Source: Planctomycetota bacterium (GTDB lineage: Bacteria; Planctomycetota; UBA1135). Taken from it: a stretch of 64,000 nt of DNA. The stretch covers positions 48,543-112,542 of the forward strand of contig JASFYO010000029.1 of the NCBI GenBank assembly GCA_045047305.1. Direction: 5' to 3'. The translations under genes and the position numbers were made by a program. Under the pieces are notes generated by a model, which searched no databases, was not told the DNA's origin, and saw only the letters and a program-made list of their open reading frames with translations. Position 1 is the first letter of the stretch. Every line of letters starts with the position of its first letter. Below, one piece after another: positions 41,951 through 52,226 of this stretch.

Positions 41951-44900
41951 ATGAGAACGCCATTCCGGCTAGTTTTTCTATCCCTCCTTGGTGCATGCAC
42001 CAGCGGAGCTCCATCGCCCTACGCGCAGGACACAACATCCGGCCGCTGGGAGATTTCCCTCGCTGAGGCTTCGGCCACGCAAGAGCCTGCGACCACCACC
42101 GATCAAGGTGATGCGAAAACGCAGCAGCCCAGTGCGACCGCGCCGCCTCCGCCCACGGAGGAAGATGCCTATGCGCTGAACATCCATCAAGATGGTGTCG
42201 CCGCAGCCCAACTTTATGCGCACCTTATGCGCCAGGAGGTCGACGCCCTCGAACTGGCACGGCATCCGCTGGAGCCCGATACGGCTCCCGATGAAGTGCA
42301 AATCGCAGCGCAGCTTGCCGAACTCGAATGGCTCGCAGTGAACTTCACCGACACTGTGGGCGAGCATCCAAACCACGCCCAAGTGCAACGCTTAATTGCA
42401 TCCACTGGCATCAACCGTTCCCACGGTCAAGCTTGGAGTGTCTTGCAATGGGAGCACCCGGATCGCGTCGCCCTGCTTGGACGCCTCACCGACTGGCAGT
42501 TCATTGGCCCTTTCGATAACGAACGCGGTGCCGCTTTGGACAACCCGATCGCTCCAGAAAGCGCACCGCAAGCCGACCTTCCGCAGCAAGGCAAAGTCCG
42601 CACCGTCACTTGGCGCACCACTCCTGAAACCGTACCTACCGGTGCACTGCTCGACTTCTCGCAACTGCTGCAGCCTGCCGAACAAAGCGCGCTCCTGATG
42701 CGCACTTGGGTCGAGAGCGATGCCGAACAAGAAGTGGTGCTGCTCCTTGGCCTTGATGGCGAAGTGCGCGTTTGGCACGACGGCACCCCGATCTTAGAAG
42801 CGCAGGAGCAACATAAATTCCATGCCGACGCCTTAGCAACTCCACTCAAGCTACACGCCGGTTGGAATGAGATCACCATGAAGTTGGGGAGCCGCGATCA
42901 TGCACCGCGCATCATGGCTCGCTTCGTCAACCCCGAGGCCATCCCACTGCATCTCACGCACACCTCCAGCCCTCCTGAAGAAGTGCAGCCGGTCCTGCTT
43001 GGCGACGGCCCGGCCCCTGCCAGCGACCCTTCCACGTACACCAATGCACTTGCTTATTACACAGCGATTAGCAAGGTTTCGCCAGAAAATGCTCAAGCGT
43101 TCTATCGTTTGGCCGAATTGCAAGCGTACTATCAGGTCACACCGATTGCACAACACCCTGGCCGCGAGAACGCACGTCGTGCCATGGAGCTCGCTCCCGA
43201 TGTCGTCCGCTATCGCGCATTTTATGCCTACACATTATTTCCACAACATGGCACTTCAGCCGCCGAGGTCGACCTCAACCCTTGGCTCGAGCAAACCCAG
43301 TTGGTGCTGGCACAAAAGCCGAATCATCCACTGGTAAATTTCTTCCGCGCGCAGGCAGCAACCCAATACCAGCATTTGGAGAGCACCGCACTAGCAGCTA
43401 TCGACCGCGTGGTTGCAGCTTGTGCAGCACGCCCATCCACTCTGTTCTTCCGCTCGCAGGTTCTTTCCGCGTTTGGATATGACTTACTCGCGGACCAAGA
43501 CTTACGCGCCATGCTCGCACACCCGCAAGCATCCAGCCTTCCCGAATTCGCTTTCCAAGCAGCCGACTCTCTCTATCCAAGCGGTTCAGAAGAACTCCTC
43601 CGTATCCTGCAAGAACTGCATCAAGCGAGCCCATTCAGCAGCGAAATCTTGCGCTCCTTGCTTTACGAACGTCGCCTGCAACGCAACACGTTCGACGCAG
43701 AACTCGAACTCGCGGAGCTCGACGATATGCTCGCGCTCGACCCTTGGAACGGCTGGCTACGTCTTGCGTCGGCCGAGCGTTTCCAGTCGCAGGGTGATTT
43801 AGAAACGGCCTTCCGCCTCGTGCAAGAAGCGCTCGCACTCAAACCGGAATCCGCTCCTGCACTCGGCTTATTGGCACGCTTGCACTTGGCTAACGACAAC
43901 CTAGAAGGCGCAGTCGAAGCATTAGAAATGGAGTTGGAAATCGATTTCGCGGCAGAAGATGAAAGTCGCTTGCTCGATCATCTACGTTCACTCGATGGAG
44001 CATCTTTTGAACAACCATACCGCGAAAGCCTCGATGCCATCATCGCACGTCATCCAGAGGCGAGCGCCGAAGAAGATGCAACTGATTACAGTCATGAGTT
44101 CTTGCTTTACCGCAGCGTGATTCGCATCAATCCGGACAGCACTGCAGATCGTTACTTCCGCAAGGTGATCCGGGTTCTGAATAACAACGGCATCCGCAAG
44201 TTAGATGTAGTGAGTTTCCCCTACTCCTACGGCGATGAAGACTTGCGCGTTGAAACCGTCACTGTGCGTCATGCCGACGGCACCGAGGAGTCAGCGCGCA
44301 CCGCACGTGGTTGGCGCGGACGTCGGGTGGACCTCCCACAGCTTCAAGTTGGCGATGTGATTGACCTAGAGTGGCGGGTAGATGATCTACACACCACTTT
44401 CTTTGGCAAGTATTTTGGCCTTAATCACGCGATGACACCAAACCGCTTAGTGCCTACCCGCGAAAGCCAGCTGGTGCTTTTGGTGCCGCAAGAACTGCCA
44501 CTGAAATTCCATACTTTACGCATGGAAAATTCCGAAGCGGAAGTCCTAGAAACCGAAAACTTTGGCACTAGCCATTCTTGGACTGTGCTTAACCTCTCTC
44601 CAGAGCGCCTGGAAAGCCTGATGCCGCCATCGGAAGAAACCGTCGCACGAGTCCAAGCCAGCTCTTATGCAACTTGGGATGACTTTGGGGCATGGTGGTG
44701 GAACTTGATTGATGCAGGTATCACGGTTTCACCGGAGATGAAAGATAAGGTTGCAGAACTGATTGAGGGCAAGACTTCTTTACGTGAGAAGGTGTCTGCG
44801 ATTTACGGCTTTGTCGCTAACGATATTCGCTACAACGCGTGGGAGTTCGGCGTCCACGGATACCAGCCTTACACCGCTCCGGTAATTTTCAGCCGCCAGT

Positions 44901-45904
44901 TCGGTGACTGCAAAGACAAGGGGATTTTGATCCGCGCCATGCTCTCCGAAATTGGTGTAGAGGCTTACCCAGTACTGATTTTGCGCACTGCGGATGGACG
45001 CCATGGCGGACGTCGCTTTGAGGAAGACCTCTCACTCGCCATGGTGAATCACTTCAACCACTGCATTGCCTACATTCCAGCACAGCAGGATTTACCTGCC
45101 ATGTTCGTCGATGGAACCGCGCGTTTGCACCCCATGAATGTGCTCCCCTACGATGACCGTGGCGCGCAAGTCCTGATTGTGAAGCCGGATGGCATTGAAC
45201 GGGTGCGTATCCCGTTTAGCGAGGCTTCCGATAACACCATGGCGCAGAACTTCATTGTGGAATATGAAGCTACGGGCGCAGCTCATGTCGGCCTCATTAT
45301 GGAACCCAGCGGACGTTTCGATCCTAGCCTACGTAATGCCTTTGCCGGTGGCGTGGAAGAACGCAAAGAAACTGTAGAACGCATCCTAACCGGACTTTTA
45401 GGGCCATTAGAGGGGGAGCCTACTTACGACATCCCAGACGTTGAAAACCTTGAACAAAATTTGGTCCTAATTCTCGAGGGTCAAGCCACCAACTTAGCAC
45501 GCAAAATCCAAGGTGGCTTGGAGATTCCATTCATTCTTGAGCGCCAAGGATTGCTGCAGTCCATGGCTGCGGAAGCTGCGCGCACTACCGACTTGTTGCT
45601 AGACTCTCCGATGGTCCGCGATATTCAATATGAAATCGTACTTCCAGACGGATGGACCCTCGACATTCCTTCCACCGCGATTCATGGTGCCACCGAGGAT
45701 GCCACCTATCGATGGGAAATTGAAACGCTGGATGGCGGCAGCTATCGGGTACACGAACGTTTCGAACTCCTCACCCACCGCATCCCCGTAGAACGCTACC
45801 AAGACTTCAGAGACCTCTGTCGTCTCGTCGATAGCACCCAAGACCGTTTCTTCGACGCCACCGCCCCACCCCCGGCGCAAGTCTCTGAGGAGGACCAGCA
45901 ATGA
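41951..45904 (+). CDS. Lipoprotein with TPRs, DUF3857-like domain and intact transglutaminase-like domain
   Basis: Lipobox LGAC after ATG 41951; WQFIGPFDN; LPQLQVGDVI; FGDCKDKG, FNHCIAY, FVDGT (Cys-His-Asp). Confidence 0.85.
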   Translation: MRTPFRLVFLSLLGACTSGAPSPYAQDTTSGRWEISLAEASATQEPATTTDQGDAKTQQPSATAPPPPTEEDAYALNIHQDGVAAAQLYAHLMRQEVDALELARHPLEPDTAPDEVQIAAQLAELEWLAVNFTDTVGEHPNHAQVQRLIASTGINRSHGQAWSVLQWEHPDRVALLGRLTDWQFIGPFDNERGAALDNPIAPESAPQADLPQQGKVRTVTWRTTPETVPTGALLDFSQLLQPAEQSALLMRTWVESDAEQEVVLLLGLDGEVRVWHDGTPILEAQEQHKFHADALATPLKLHAGWNEITMKLGSRDHAPRIMARFVNPEAIPLHLTHTSSPPEEVQPVLLGDGPAPASDPSTYTNALAYYTAISKVSPENAQAFYRLAELQAYYQVTPIAQHPGRENARRAMELAPDVVRYRAFYAYTLFPQHGTSAAEVDLNPWLEQTQLVLAQKPNHPLVNFFRAQAATQYQHLESTALAAIDRVVAACAARPSTLFFRSQVLSAFGYDLLADQDLRAMLAHPQASSLPEFAFQAADSLYPSGSEELLRILQELHQASPFSSEILRSLLYERRLQRNTFDAELELAELDDMLALDPWNGWLRLASAERFQSQGDLETAFRLVQEALALKPESAPALGLLARLHLANDNLEGAVEALEMELEIDFAAEDESRLLDHLRSLDGASFEQPYRESLDAIIARHPEASAEEDATDYSHEFLLYRSVIRINPDSTADRYFRKVIRVLNNNGIRKLDVVSFPYSYGDEDLRVETVTVRHADGTEESARTARGWRGRRVDLPQLQVGDVIDLEWRVDDLHTTFFGKYFGLNHAMTPNRLVPTRESQLVLLVPQELPLKFHTLRMENSEAEVLETENFGTSHSWTVLNLSPERLESLMPPSEETVARVQASSYATWDDFGAWWWNLIDAGITVSPEMKDKVAELIEGKTSLREKVSAIYGFVANDIRYNAWEFGVHGYQPYTAPVIFSRQFGDCKDKGILIRAMLSEIGVEAYPVLILRTADGRHGGRRFEEDLSLAMVNHFNHCIAYIPAQQDLPAMFVDGTARLHPMNVLPYDDRGAQVLIVKPDGIERVRIPFSEASDNTMAQNFIVEYEATGAAHVGLIMEPSGRFDPSLRNAFAGGVEERKETVERILTGLLGPLEGEPTYDIPDVENLEQNLVLILEGQATNLARKIQGGLEIPFILERQGLLQSMAAEAARTTDLLLDSPMVRDIQYEIVLPDGWTLDIPSTAIHGATEDATYRWEIETLDGGSYRVHERFELLTHRIPVERYQDFRDLCRLVDSTQDRFFDATAPPPAQVSEEDQQ

Positions 45905-48900
45905 TCGCATGCCTAGCTCTGTCTGCTCTGCTTCTACAAACCCCTGTAGAGGTTATTGAGGAAGTACCGCAAACCCCCAACTTGGCGATTCCAAGTTTCG
46001 CGGTCGATACCAGTCAGTTAAGCGCCAAGCTGCTGACTGCTCACCCAGGTTTGTTCTCCGGTCAGTACGATCAAGTACGCGCCGACTGGATGACTGCGCT
46101 GAGTAACGACCGTTCCTCGCCCTTCGCTGAACTTGCTGCACGCAAAATCAGCCAACTAGAGTCCTTATGCAGCGAAGGTATCAACCCTTCCGCACTCGCC
46201 AACTTGATTGAAGGCGTCGACGATGGCGACACTTCCTTTGCGCTAAAACGCCTTTACCTGCAGGAACTACGGCGTAGTCGCTTTGCCGACGTCCGCCCAG
46301 TCTTCGATGGCGATCTGTTCGACGACTGGTTCACCCATTGGCGCGTCCTGATGCCTTGGGGGCCACTTGCTGCTCCGCGTGCCATGAGAAGCTTGGCCAC
46401 GCCTCCAGATCCGCGTCAAGCAGTGGTCACCGACCCGAGCAATGGCATGGAGCGTCAATGGCGCAGTCTTCAGCGTCTTCCAAACCGCACCCTAATCTCC
46501 CCGGACAACTTGGCGCACTTACAGGCTGGAACCAGCTATGCCGCCCTTTGGGTTCGTGCCGATGTCGACATCGCGAAGCTTGAACTTCATGCAAGCGATG
46601 CATTTCGCGCCTGGTGGAACGGTTTTCCGACCTTCGAAGACCTCCACACCGGCCTGACTGCATCCAAGGGTATTCACCGTGCCTTAGTCCACGTGCAGCC
46701 AGGCTGGAACTTGCTCTTGGTCGAGTTTGTCACTGGATCAAAAATGCGGCTGGGTGGCCGTCTCACCAGTCGCGAGGGTCGCATCATTCCTTTCCATGAG
46801 TGGGAGGACTATGCCTCTGCACCGGAGCTTCCAGAGATTCCAATGCCCGCCGAAGTCTTCGGCCTCAACAAATGGCAGCCCAGTGAACTCGATGCATTCT
46901 CCCTGATGGCGCGCAGTGAAATGGCAATCATCGCAGGTCGTTCGGCTGATGCTATGGCACTCGCCAAGCCGGCGGAGATGGACAAAGAAACCCAAGCTGC
47001 ATGGTTGCATGCGCGCCACCATGCTGTTGCCACTTGCAATCACTTGCCTGGCGCAGTGCGTCGCAACCGCCTGATGACCTTGGAACAGGACATGATAGCA
47101 CTTGGTTTCTTCGACCTCCAACTGCAACTAGCTGCGGTACGTCGTTTGGACAGCGAAGACAAAGCCGAAGAAGCTTTGGCAATTCTGGATGGATTCGACT
47201 TTTCCCAGCATCCCGGTCTGCTTTCCGTCGGCCTTTTACGCGCAGAAATCCTCCACACCTTGGATACCAGCGGAACACTTTCAAAACCAGTGCTTCTTGC
47301 TCTCCATCAGCAGTTCCCATTGGTCGATGCACCCTTGGATCAACTGCAGGACATTGCCGCGGACCATGATGACCGTGGCACCGAAATCGCCCTTGCACGA
47401 AAACGCTTGGCCACCACGGGTGCCAATGCAAATGCTTTGCTGCCGCTACTTGTCGAGGGTACCGATGGCGACCGCGAGGAAGCACGCGGTTTAATCGACA
47501 CCCTGATGGCCGAGGAGCCACGGCATAGTTCTGGGTTGTTCTACCGCAACCGCATGTGGCGCATCGAAGACAACCAGCAGGCTCAAATTGCCGATTTGGA
47601 AGAATTGCTCGCACGTCAACCCAATCGCCCGCATCCGTTGGAGCGTTTAGGCAAAGCGCATTTGCGGCAAGGCCATCTGACCGTAGCTGCCAATTACCTC
47701 AAACGCGCACTCGCGCTTGACCCTGGCAACAATGACTTGCGTGATTTAGTTTTACGTCTCACCGGAAAACCGGACCGCGCAGGCGTGTTCTTCACCGCAT
47801 TCGCGCCGGATGCCGAAGGGCAACTTGCAAAGCGCGAAGCCATGAGCAAAGACACCTCCACCGCCATGCTGTTAGATAGCGGCATGGTGTTCTTCCAGCC
47901 AGATGGATCTTATCTTTACCGGGTTGACAACCTCGACATTGCACTCGATCGCCGCGGCACCGAAATGCTGCATGAACTCCCAATCATCGGCAAATCATTA
48001 ATTGCCGAGATTCACAGTGCTGATGGAGCAACGCTAGAGCCACACCAAGTCGATCGCAGCTGGGTGATGCCTTCACTCGATCCCGGCGACGTCATCGCAA
48101 CCTCCTACATTCGCTCCGCACGCGGACTTCCTGGACGTGCTCCAAATCCCGGCAACTGGCGCTTCAATTCCCTGGATAAGGAATTTGGCCTCAGCCGTTG
48201 GGTGATTTACGTTCCCAATGGTTTACCTGGACGCCTGATCGAACATGACTTCGATGGCACCCACGAGGTTCTCGATTGGGAGGAAGGCAAGGTGCACATT
48301 TTCGAACGCTACAACAGTAAGCGCTTGAAGCCAGAAGTGCTGATGCCATCACAGAACGAGATTATGCCATGGGTTGCCTATGGTGAAGATGCGCCACAAG
48401 AATGGGAAGCTGAAGATTGGCGGCGCTGGTTTCTGTGGCAGTCCTCGGTTTCACCCGACATCGAGCTGGAATTGCGCGAGTACCTCAGTACCCTCGATTT
48501 GAGCGGGGACAACCTCGCCAAAGCCAAGGCGATTTACGCCGCGATTGATGCCCATGTAATTGATTACGACGGCAGTGGCGATGTCACCGACATCTGGACC
48601 TTGAAGCGTGGCAACCCCACCTACTTCCTCTCCGCATTACTTGACCTTGCCGACGTCCCTCACGAATGGGCACTCATGCAATCGGTTGCGCCAGAGCTCA
48701 ACTCCGAACCCGCCGAACCTTTTGAAGATGGCAGTTCTTATAACACTCCAGCCTTACGTTTAAGCTCCATGGAAGAAGGAAGTGAGCCGGTTTGGTTGGC
48801 ACTGCAAGCGCGCGGTACCGCCTTCGGCAGCCTGCCTTCCGCAATGCTCGGCGCCGACGCTTTAGTTCTGGAGCCACGTGGTTATCGTATAGAAACGGTT

Positions 48901-49707
48901 TCGCGCGCTGGATTGAATGACATCTGGGACCTAGACCTGATTGTTGCTTACACCATTCAACCAGACGAGTCCGCAGCCGTGGTTGGCAGTCTCGCTATCA
49001 CCGGTGCCAAAGGTGCGATGCTGCGTGAGCAACTCGCGCAAATCGACCCACAGCAACGCGATCAAGCAGTACGTTCCATCACCGCGCAAATCGTGAAAGG
49101 CATGGACCTTACCGACAGTGAATTTATTGATTTGGAGGTTGCTGGTGCCGCTCTACACTTGAACTTCAAAGGCGCGATTCCTGGCTTCGTCCAAAGCAGT
49201 GGCGATAAGTATGGCGCCCGCCTGCGCATCCCGGAGCTTGGCCTCGGTGATGGCCTCGGTCCTGCAGAACGCGCACTCCCCTTCGCTTTCCGCTCCACCA
49301 TTCGTATGCGCACCCATGTGCAACTCGATGCCAGTGAAACCTGGAATCTAGAGTACGGCCCTGAAAATGTGCACACCGAGCGCGAGGGCTTTCTTTACGA
49401 CTTCCGCGTCGGCAAAGATGCGCACCACCTCACCGTGGACCGTGTTTTGATCATGCGTGGCCTCGAACTCGCTGCCGAGGAATTCCCTGCCTTCATCTCC
49501 AATATGAAGGAGTATGAAAATCAGGAAGCACGTGCGGTAAAGTTGATTCCAAATCTACCTGAGGTGGAGGTGGAGCCGGAGATGGAAGCGGAGGAAGATG
49601 GCGTCGACGTGACTGGCAAAGACGTGACTGCTGAGGAAGTCACCGTAGGGCCCATCGCGGAAGAACCTACGGCCGAAGAACCGGTTTCCGAAGAGCCTCA
49701 ACGATAA
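45901..49707 (+). CDS. Paralogous TPR/DUF3857-like protein with inactive transglutaminase-like domain
   Basis: Same domain order (WRVLMPWG, TPRs, MPSLDPGDVI, AKAIYA); KRGNPTY/YNTPAL/WLALQ replace the triad motifs; acidic tail. Confidence 0.75.
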   Translation: MIACLALSALLLQTPVEVIEEVPQTPNLAIPSFAVDTSQLSAKLLTAHPGLFSGQYDQVRADWMTALSNDRSSPFAELAARKISQLESLCSEGINPSALANLIEGVDDGDTSFALKRLYLQELRRSRFADVRPVFDGDLFDDWFTHWRVLMPWGPLAAPRAMRSLATPPDPRQAVVTDPSNGMERQWRSLQRLPNRTLISPDNLAHLQAGTSYAALWVRADVDIAKLELHASDAFRAWWNGFPTFEDLHTGLTASKGIHRALVHVQPGWNLLLVEFVTGSKMRLGGRLTSREGRIIPFHEWEDYASAPELPEIPMPAEVFGLNKWQPSELDAFSLMARSEMAIIAGRSADAMALAKPAEMDKETQAAWLHARHHAVATCNHLPGAVRRNRLMTLEQDMIALGFFDLQLQLAAVRRLDSEDKAEEALAILDGFDFSQHPGLLSVGLLRAEILHTLDTSGTLSKPVLLALHQQFPLVDAPLDQLQDIAADHDDRGTEIALARKRLATTGANANALLPLLVEGTDGDREEARGLIDTLMAEEPRHSSGLFYRNRMWRIEDNQQAQIADLEELLARQPNRPHPLERLGKAHLRQGHLTVAANYLKRALALDPGNNDLRDLVLRLTGKPDRAGVFFTAFAPDAEGQLAKREAMSKDTSTAMLLDSGMVFFQPDGSYLYRVDNLDIALDRRGTEMLHELPIIGKSLIAEIHSADGATLEPHQVDRSWVMPSLDPGDVIATSYIRSARGLPGRAPNPGNWRFNSLDKEFGLSRWVIYVPNGLPGRLIEHDFDGTHEVLDWEEGKVHIFERYNSKRLKPEVLMPSQNEIMPWVAYGEDAPQEWEAEDWRRWFLWQSSVSPDIELELREYLSTLDLSGDNLAKAKAIYAAIDAHVIDYDGSGDVTDIWTLKRGNPTYFLSALLDLADVPHEWALMQSVAPELNSEPAEPFEDGSSYNTPALRLSSMEEGSEPVWLALQARGTAFGSLPSAMLGADALVLEPRGYRIETVSRAGLNDIWDLDLIVAYTIQPDESAAVVGSLAITGAKGAMLREQLAQIDPQQRDQAVRSITAQIVKGMDLTDSEFIDLEVAGAALHLNFKGAIPGFVQSSGDKYGARLRIPELGLGDGLGPAERALPFAFRSTIRMRTHVQLDASETWNLEYGPENVHTEREGFLYDFRVGKDAHHLTVDRVLIMRGLELAAEEFPAFISNMKEYENQEARAVKLIPNLPEVEVEPEMEAEEDGVDVTGKDVTAEEVTVGPIAEEPTAEEPVSEEPQR
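49615..49698 (+). repeat. Short 15-nt-period repeats encoding an acidic low-complexity tail (DVTGK/DVTAE; AEEPT/AEEPV/SEEP)
   Basis: GACGTGACTG twice 15 nt apart; GAAGAACC/GAAGAGCC three times 15 nt apart; boundaries approximate. Confidence 0.5.
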
Positions 49708-50996
49708 GCGCAGCAGCGCTCACCGAGGGCGGCAGCAACGTCGCCCCCATTGTTCTCGATAGTTTGCACCGTGCGCTGGGCAAGCGAACGGCCATCGCTG
49801 AGGAGTTCCTCTAGCGGCTCTAAGTAGGGCTTTGCCATGGCCGACGGACGCGCCATCGCTAGCAACTCGCGCGCTAAATCAAGCAGTTGATGGCCCTCTG
49901 GAGTGGCTCCGGCCAAAGCACTGCGATGTGCGTTGTGCCAAGTTTCTAGACGCGCCGCATGGCTCCAGGAGGAGGTGAGTTGCCATGCCGATTCCAAAGC
50001 ATCTTCATCGTAGAACAATCCCTCCACGAAAGCGGATAAAGCCAATGCGTACTGAGGTGGCACTGTATCCGCCGAGCGCAACTCCACCTGCGGCCGAAAA
50101 CGAACCTCTGGAAAGGGAGTCGAGAGATGAAGTTCCCAATCGGCTTCGGTTGCTTGACCAGCTTCCATCCACGCACGGAAGCTCACGCCACGTTTGTCAA
50201 CGTAAGCCCCATCCCGATAAACAAACAGCATCGGTACATCTAGCATCCACTGAATGTAGTCATCAAAGCTGGTGCCTTCTTGGGTGAGCGCTTCGACAAT
50301 GCCGCAACGCCCATTATCGGTCTTGGTCCATACATGACCACGCCAACTCATGTAACCGCTCAGTTTGCCTGCACGAATCGGAGAATTTGCGAACATCGCG
50401 TTGAACACTGGGGCGAGTGCAAACACGGTGCGCAACTTCTTCATTGCATCGTCTTCAGCGAAGTAATCGAAATTCACTTGCACTCCGGCCGTGGTTTTCA
50501 TCATCCACAAACCGAGTTCATCGGCCTGGGTTAGCCAAGGCTCCAAGTAGTCGTAACGAATTTTAGGTAAACGCCGAATATCTTCTGGCCGAGCTCGGGG
50601 ATGCGATCCCGTGGCTAAAAAGCAATAACCGCTTTCTTCGCGCAAGCCGGCCAATAAGCCGCGGTAATGCGCGACCTCGGAGGCCATGGCATCGAGATCC
50701 ACACACGGCGTGGAACCAAACTCTATTTGGCCACCAGGCTCCAGAGTGATAGCCCTGCCATCTTCGGCGGTCAACGAAATCAAATGTCCGTTTTCGGAAT
50801 ATGGCTTCCACCCAGTGGACTTTTGCAAACGTTGAAGAATCTCCTCAACCCCACCAGGGCCAAAATACTGCACCGTCTGACACTCAGAATCGAGTACGAA
50901 TTGCTCAAATTCTAAACCGAGCTTACCGCTTCCGGAAGCTCGGATGCCGCCTTCCAAGAAGGAACGCAACTGTGCGTTGGTTTCGAGTATGGTCAT
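49698..50996 (-). CDS. gshA: Glutamate-cysteine ligase (GCS2, plant/alphaproteobacterial type)
   Basis: GLEFEQF, ITLEPGGQIEFG, MMKTTAGVQVNFDY, FANSP, HLSTPFPEVR..VELRSAD; start at ATG 50996, just after tRNA-Sec. Confidence 0.87.
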   Translation of the reverse strand: MTILETNAQLRSFLEGGIRASGSGKLGLEFEQFVLDSECQTVQYFGPGGVEEILQRLQKSTGWKPYSENGHLISLTAEDGRAITLEPGGQIEFGSTPCVDLDAMASEVAHYRGLLAGLREESGYCFLATGSHPRARPEDIRRLPKIRYDYLEPWLTQADELGLWMMKTTAGVQVNFDYFAEDDAMKKLRTVFALAPVFNAMFANSPIRAGKLSGYMSWRGHVWTKTDNGRCGIVEALTQEGTSFDDYIQWMLDVPMLFVYRDGAYVDKRGVSFRAWMEAGQATEADWELHLSTPFPEVRFRPQVELRSADTVPPQYALALSAFVEGLFYDEDALESAWQLTSSWSHAARLETWHNAHRSALAGATPEGHQLLDLARELLAMARPSAMAKPYLEPLEELLSDGRSLAQRTVQTIENNGGDVAAALGERCCAYR

Positions 50997-51004
50997 GGCT
51001 GGAT

Positions 51005-51101
51005 TGGCGGGAGCGCATGGGAATCGAACCCACCGGGCACCGCCGTGCGGCACCCCAACGGCTTTGAAGGCCGCACTGGACACCAGCCCAGGTCCGCTCC
51101 C
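51005..51101 (-). tRNA. selC: tRNA-Sec (anticodon UCA)
   Basis: GGGAGCGG-AC-CTGGGC TGGT GTCCAG (6-bp D stem, 4-nt loop)-T-GCGGC CTTCAAA GCCGT, long variable arm, GTGGG TTCGATT CCCAT, GCGCTCCC-GCCA; 97 nt. Confidence 0.95.
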
Positions 51102-51146
51102 AATCCTCGGACAGATTTCATGATAACGGTGCGGCTAGGTCAATGG

Positions 51147-52181
51147 CTAGTTCAGCACCACTCCAGCTTTGCCTTCACGCACTTCCCCAACTTGAGCGAC
51201 GGGTTCATCCGCTGGAATCGCATCTAAGAAGTCTTTCGCTTTTTCAGGTGGCACACAGACCAATAAGCCGCCGGAAGTCTCGGCATCGAAGGCCATGTCC
51301 GCCAACCACTCCGGGGTTTGAGCGCCGAAACTAACGAAAGAACCTTGGTTTTCTCGCCCGCGTCCGGAAGCACCAGAGAAGATGCCTTTTTGCGCCAGTT
51401 CTTTGGCTCCGGGATACAGCGGAAGATTGCCCGCTTCTAGATGCAGCACCACTTCCGACGCGCGTGCAATGTTTGCCGCGTGTCCAAGCAATCCGAATCC
51501 AGTGATATCGGTGGCAGCTTTCGCTTTTACCGCACGCATCGCAGCGGCACCGCGCATATTGAGGCGGGCCATGCCTTCCACTGCAATCACGACGTCGGCC
51601 TCATTCGCGATGCCGCGTTTGACCGCAGTGTTGATACTACCCACACCGATTGGCTTGGTGAGAAAGAGCAAATCGCCGGGGCGGGCGCCATCGTTGGTGG
51701 CGAGATCTTCTTCCGCGACCTCGCCGTAAATCGCGAATCCATAAAGCGGTTCTGCGGAAACTACCGAGTGACCACCGACCCATAACGCACCTGCTTCCTG
51801 CACCTTCTCCACCGCAGCTTCAAAGATGGGCGTAAGTACGTCGTTATCCCAATCCGACGGGAATCCCGCCATGTTGAGCACCACTTTGGCCTCGCCACCC
51901 GATGCATAGATATCAGACAGCGAATTGGCCGCGGCAATGGCACCGTAGGCGCGTGCATCGTCCACCACGGGTGGAAAGAAATCCACCGTGTGCAAGCCGA
52001 TTTTGCCATTGTGCAGGCGGATGGCTCCGACATCGTCATAACCTTCTGGACCAGCGAGGAGGTCTGGAGAAACGGCTGCGGGCGCAACTACACGCAAAAC
52101 TTGCGATAGCTGCCCCTGAGGTAGTTTGGCCGCTCAGCCGCTGCTGGCGGCGTAATCGATTAGGCGCTTCTTGAGTGTCAT
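51147..52181 (-). CDS. selD: Selenophosphate synthetase, selenoprotein form (UGA at codon 16)
   Basis: ATG 52181 gives MTLKKRLIDYAASSG-U-AAKLPQG in frame with the ORF carrying DDVG, TVDFFPP, AAANSLSDIYA, GGHS, TDITGFGLLGH, ETSGGLL. Confidence 0.95.
52080..52116 (-). promoter_or_regulatory. Bacterial SECIS-like hairpin in selD
   Basis: GGG-GCAGCTA-T-CGCAA-GTT-TTGCG-TG-TAGTTGC-G-CCC; apical loop begins with GU, 33 nt after the UGA. Confidence 0.75.
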
Positions 52182-52212
52182 GGTTATGAGTTTAAGTTTG
52201 CTCTTCAGGTGA

Positions 52213-52226
52213 GCCTATGCATAGGC
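52213..52226. promoter_or_regulatory. Perfect 14-bp palindrome in the divergent selD/kinase intergenic region
   Basis: GCCTATGCATAGGC equals its own reverse complement. Confidence 0.35.

Noticed and set aside
50997..51083. N-terminal extension of gshA in the ORF track
   Set aside because: It runs through tRNA-Sec; ATG 50996 is the plausible start
52134..52136. selD as a pseudogene with a premature stop
   Set aside because: The TGA is at the catalytic Cys/Sec position with a SECIS-like hairpin, and selA and selC are nearby
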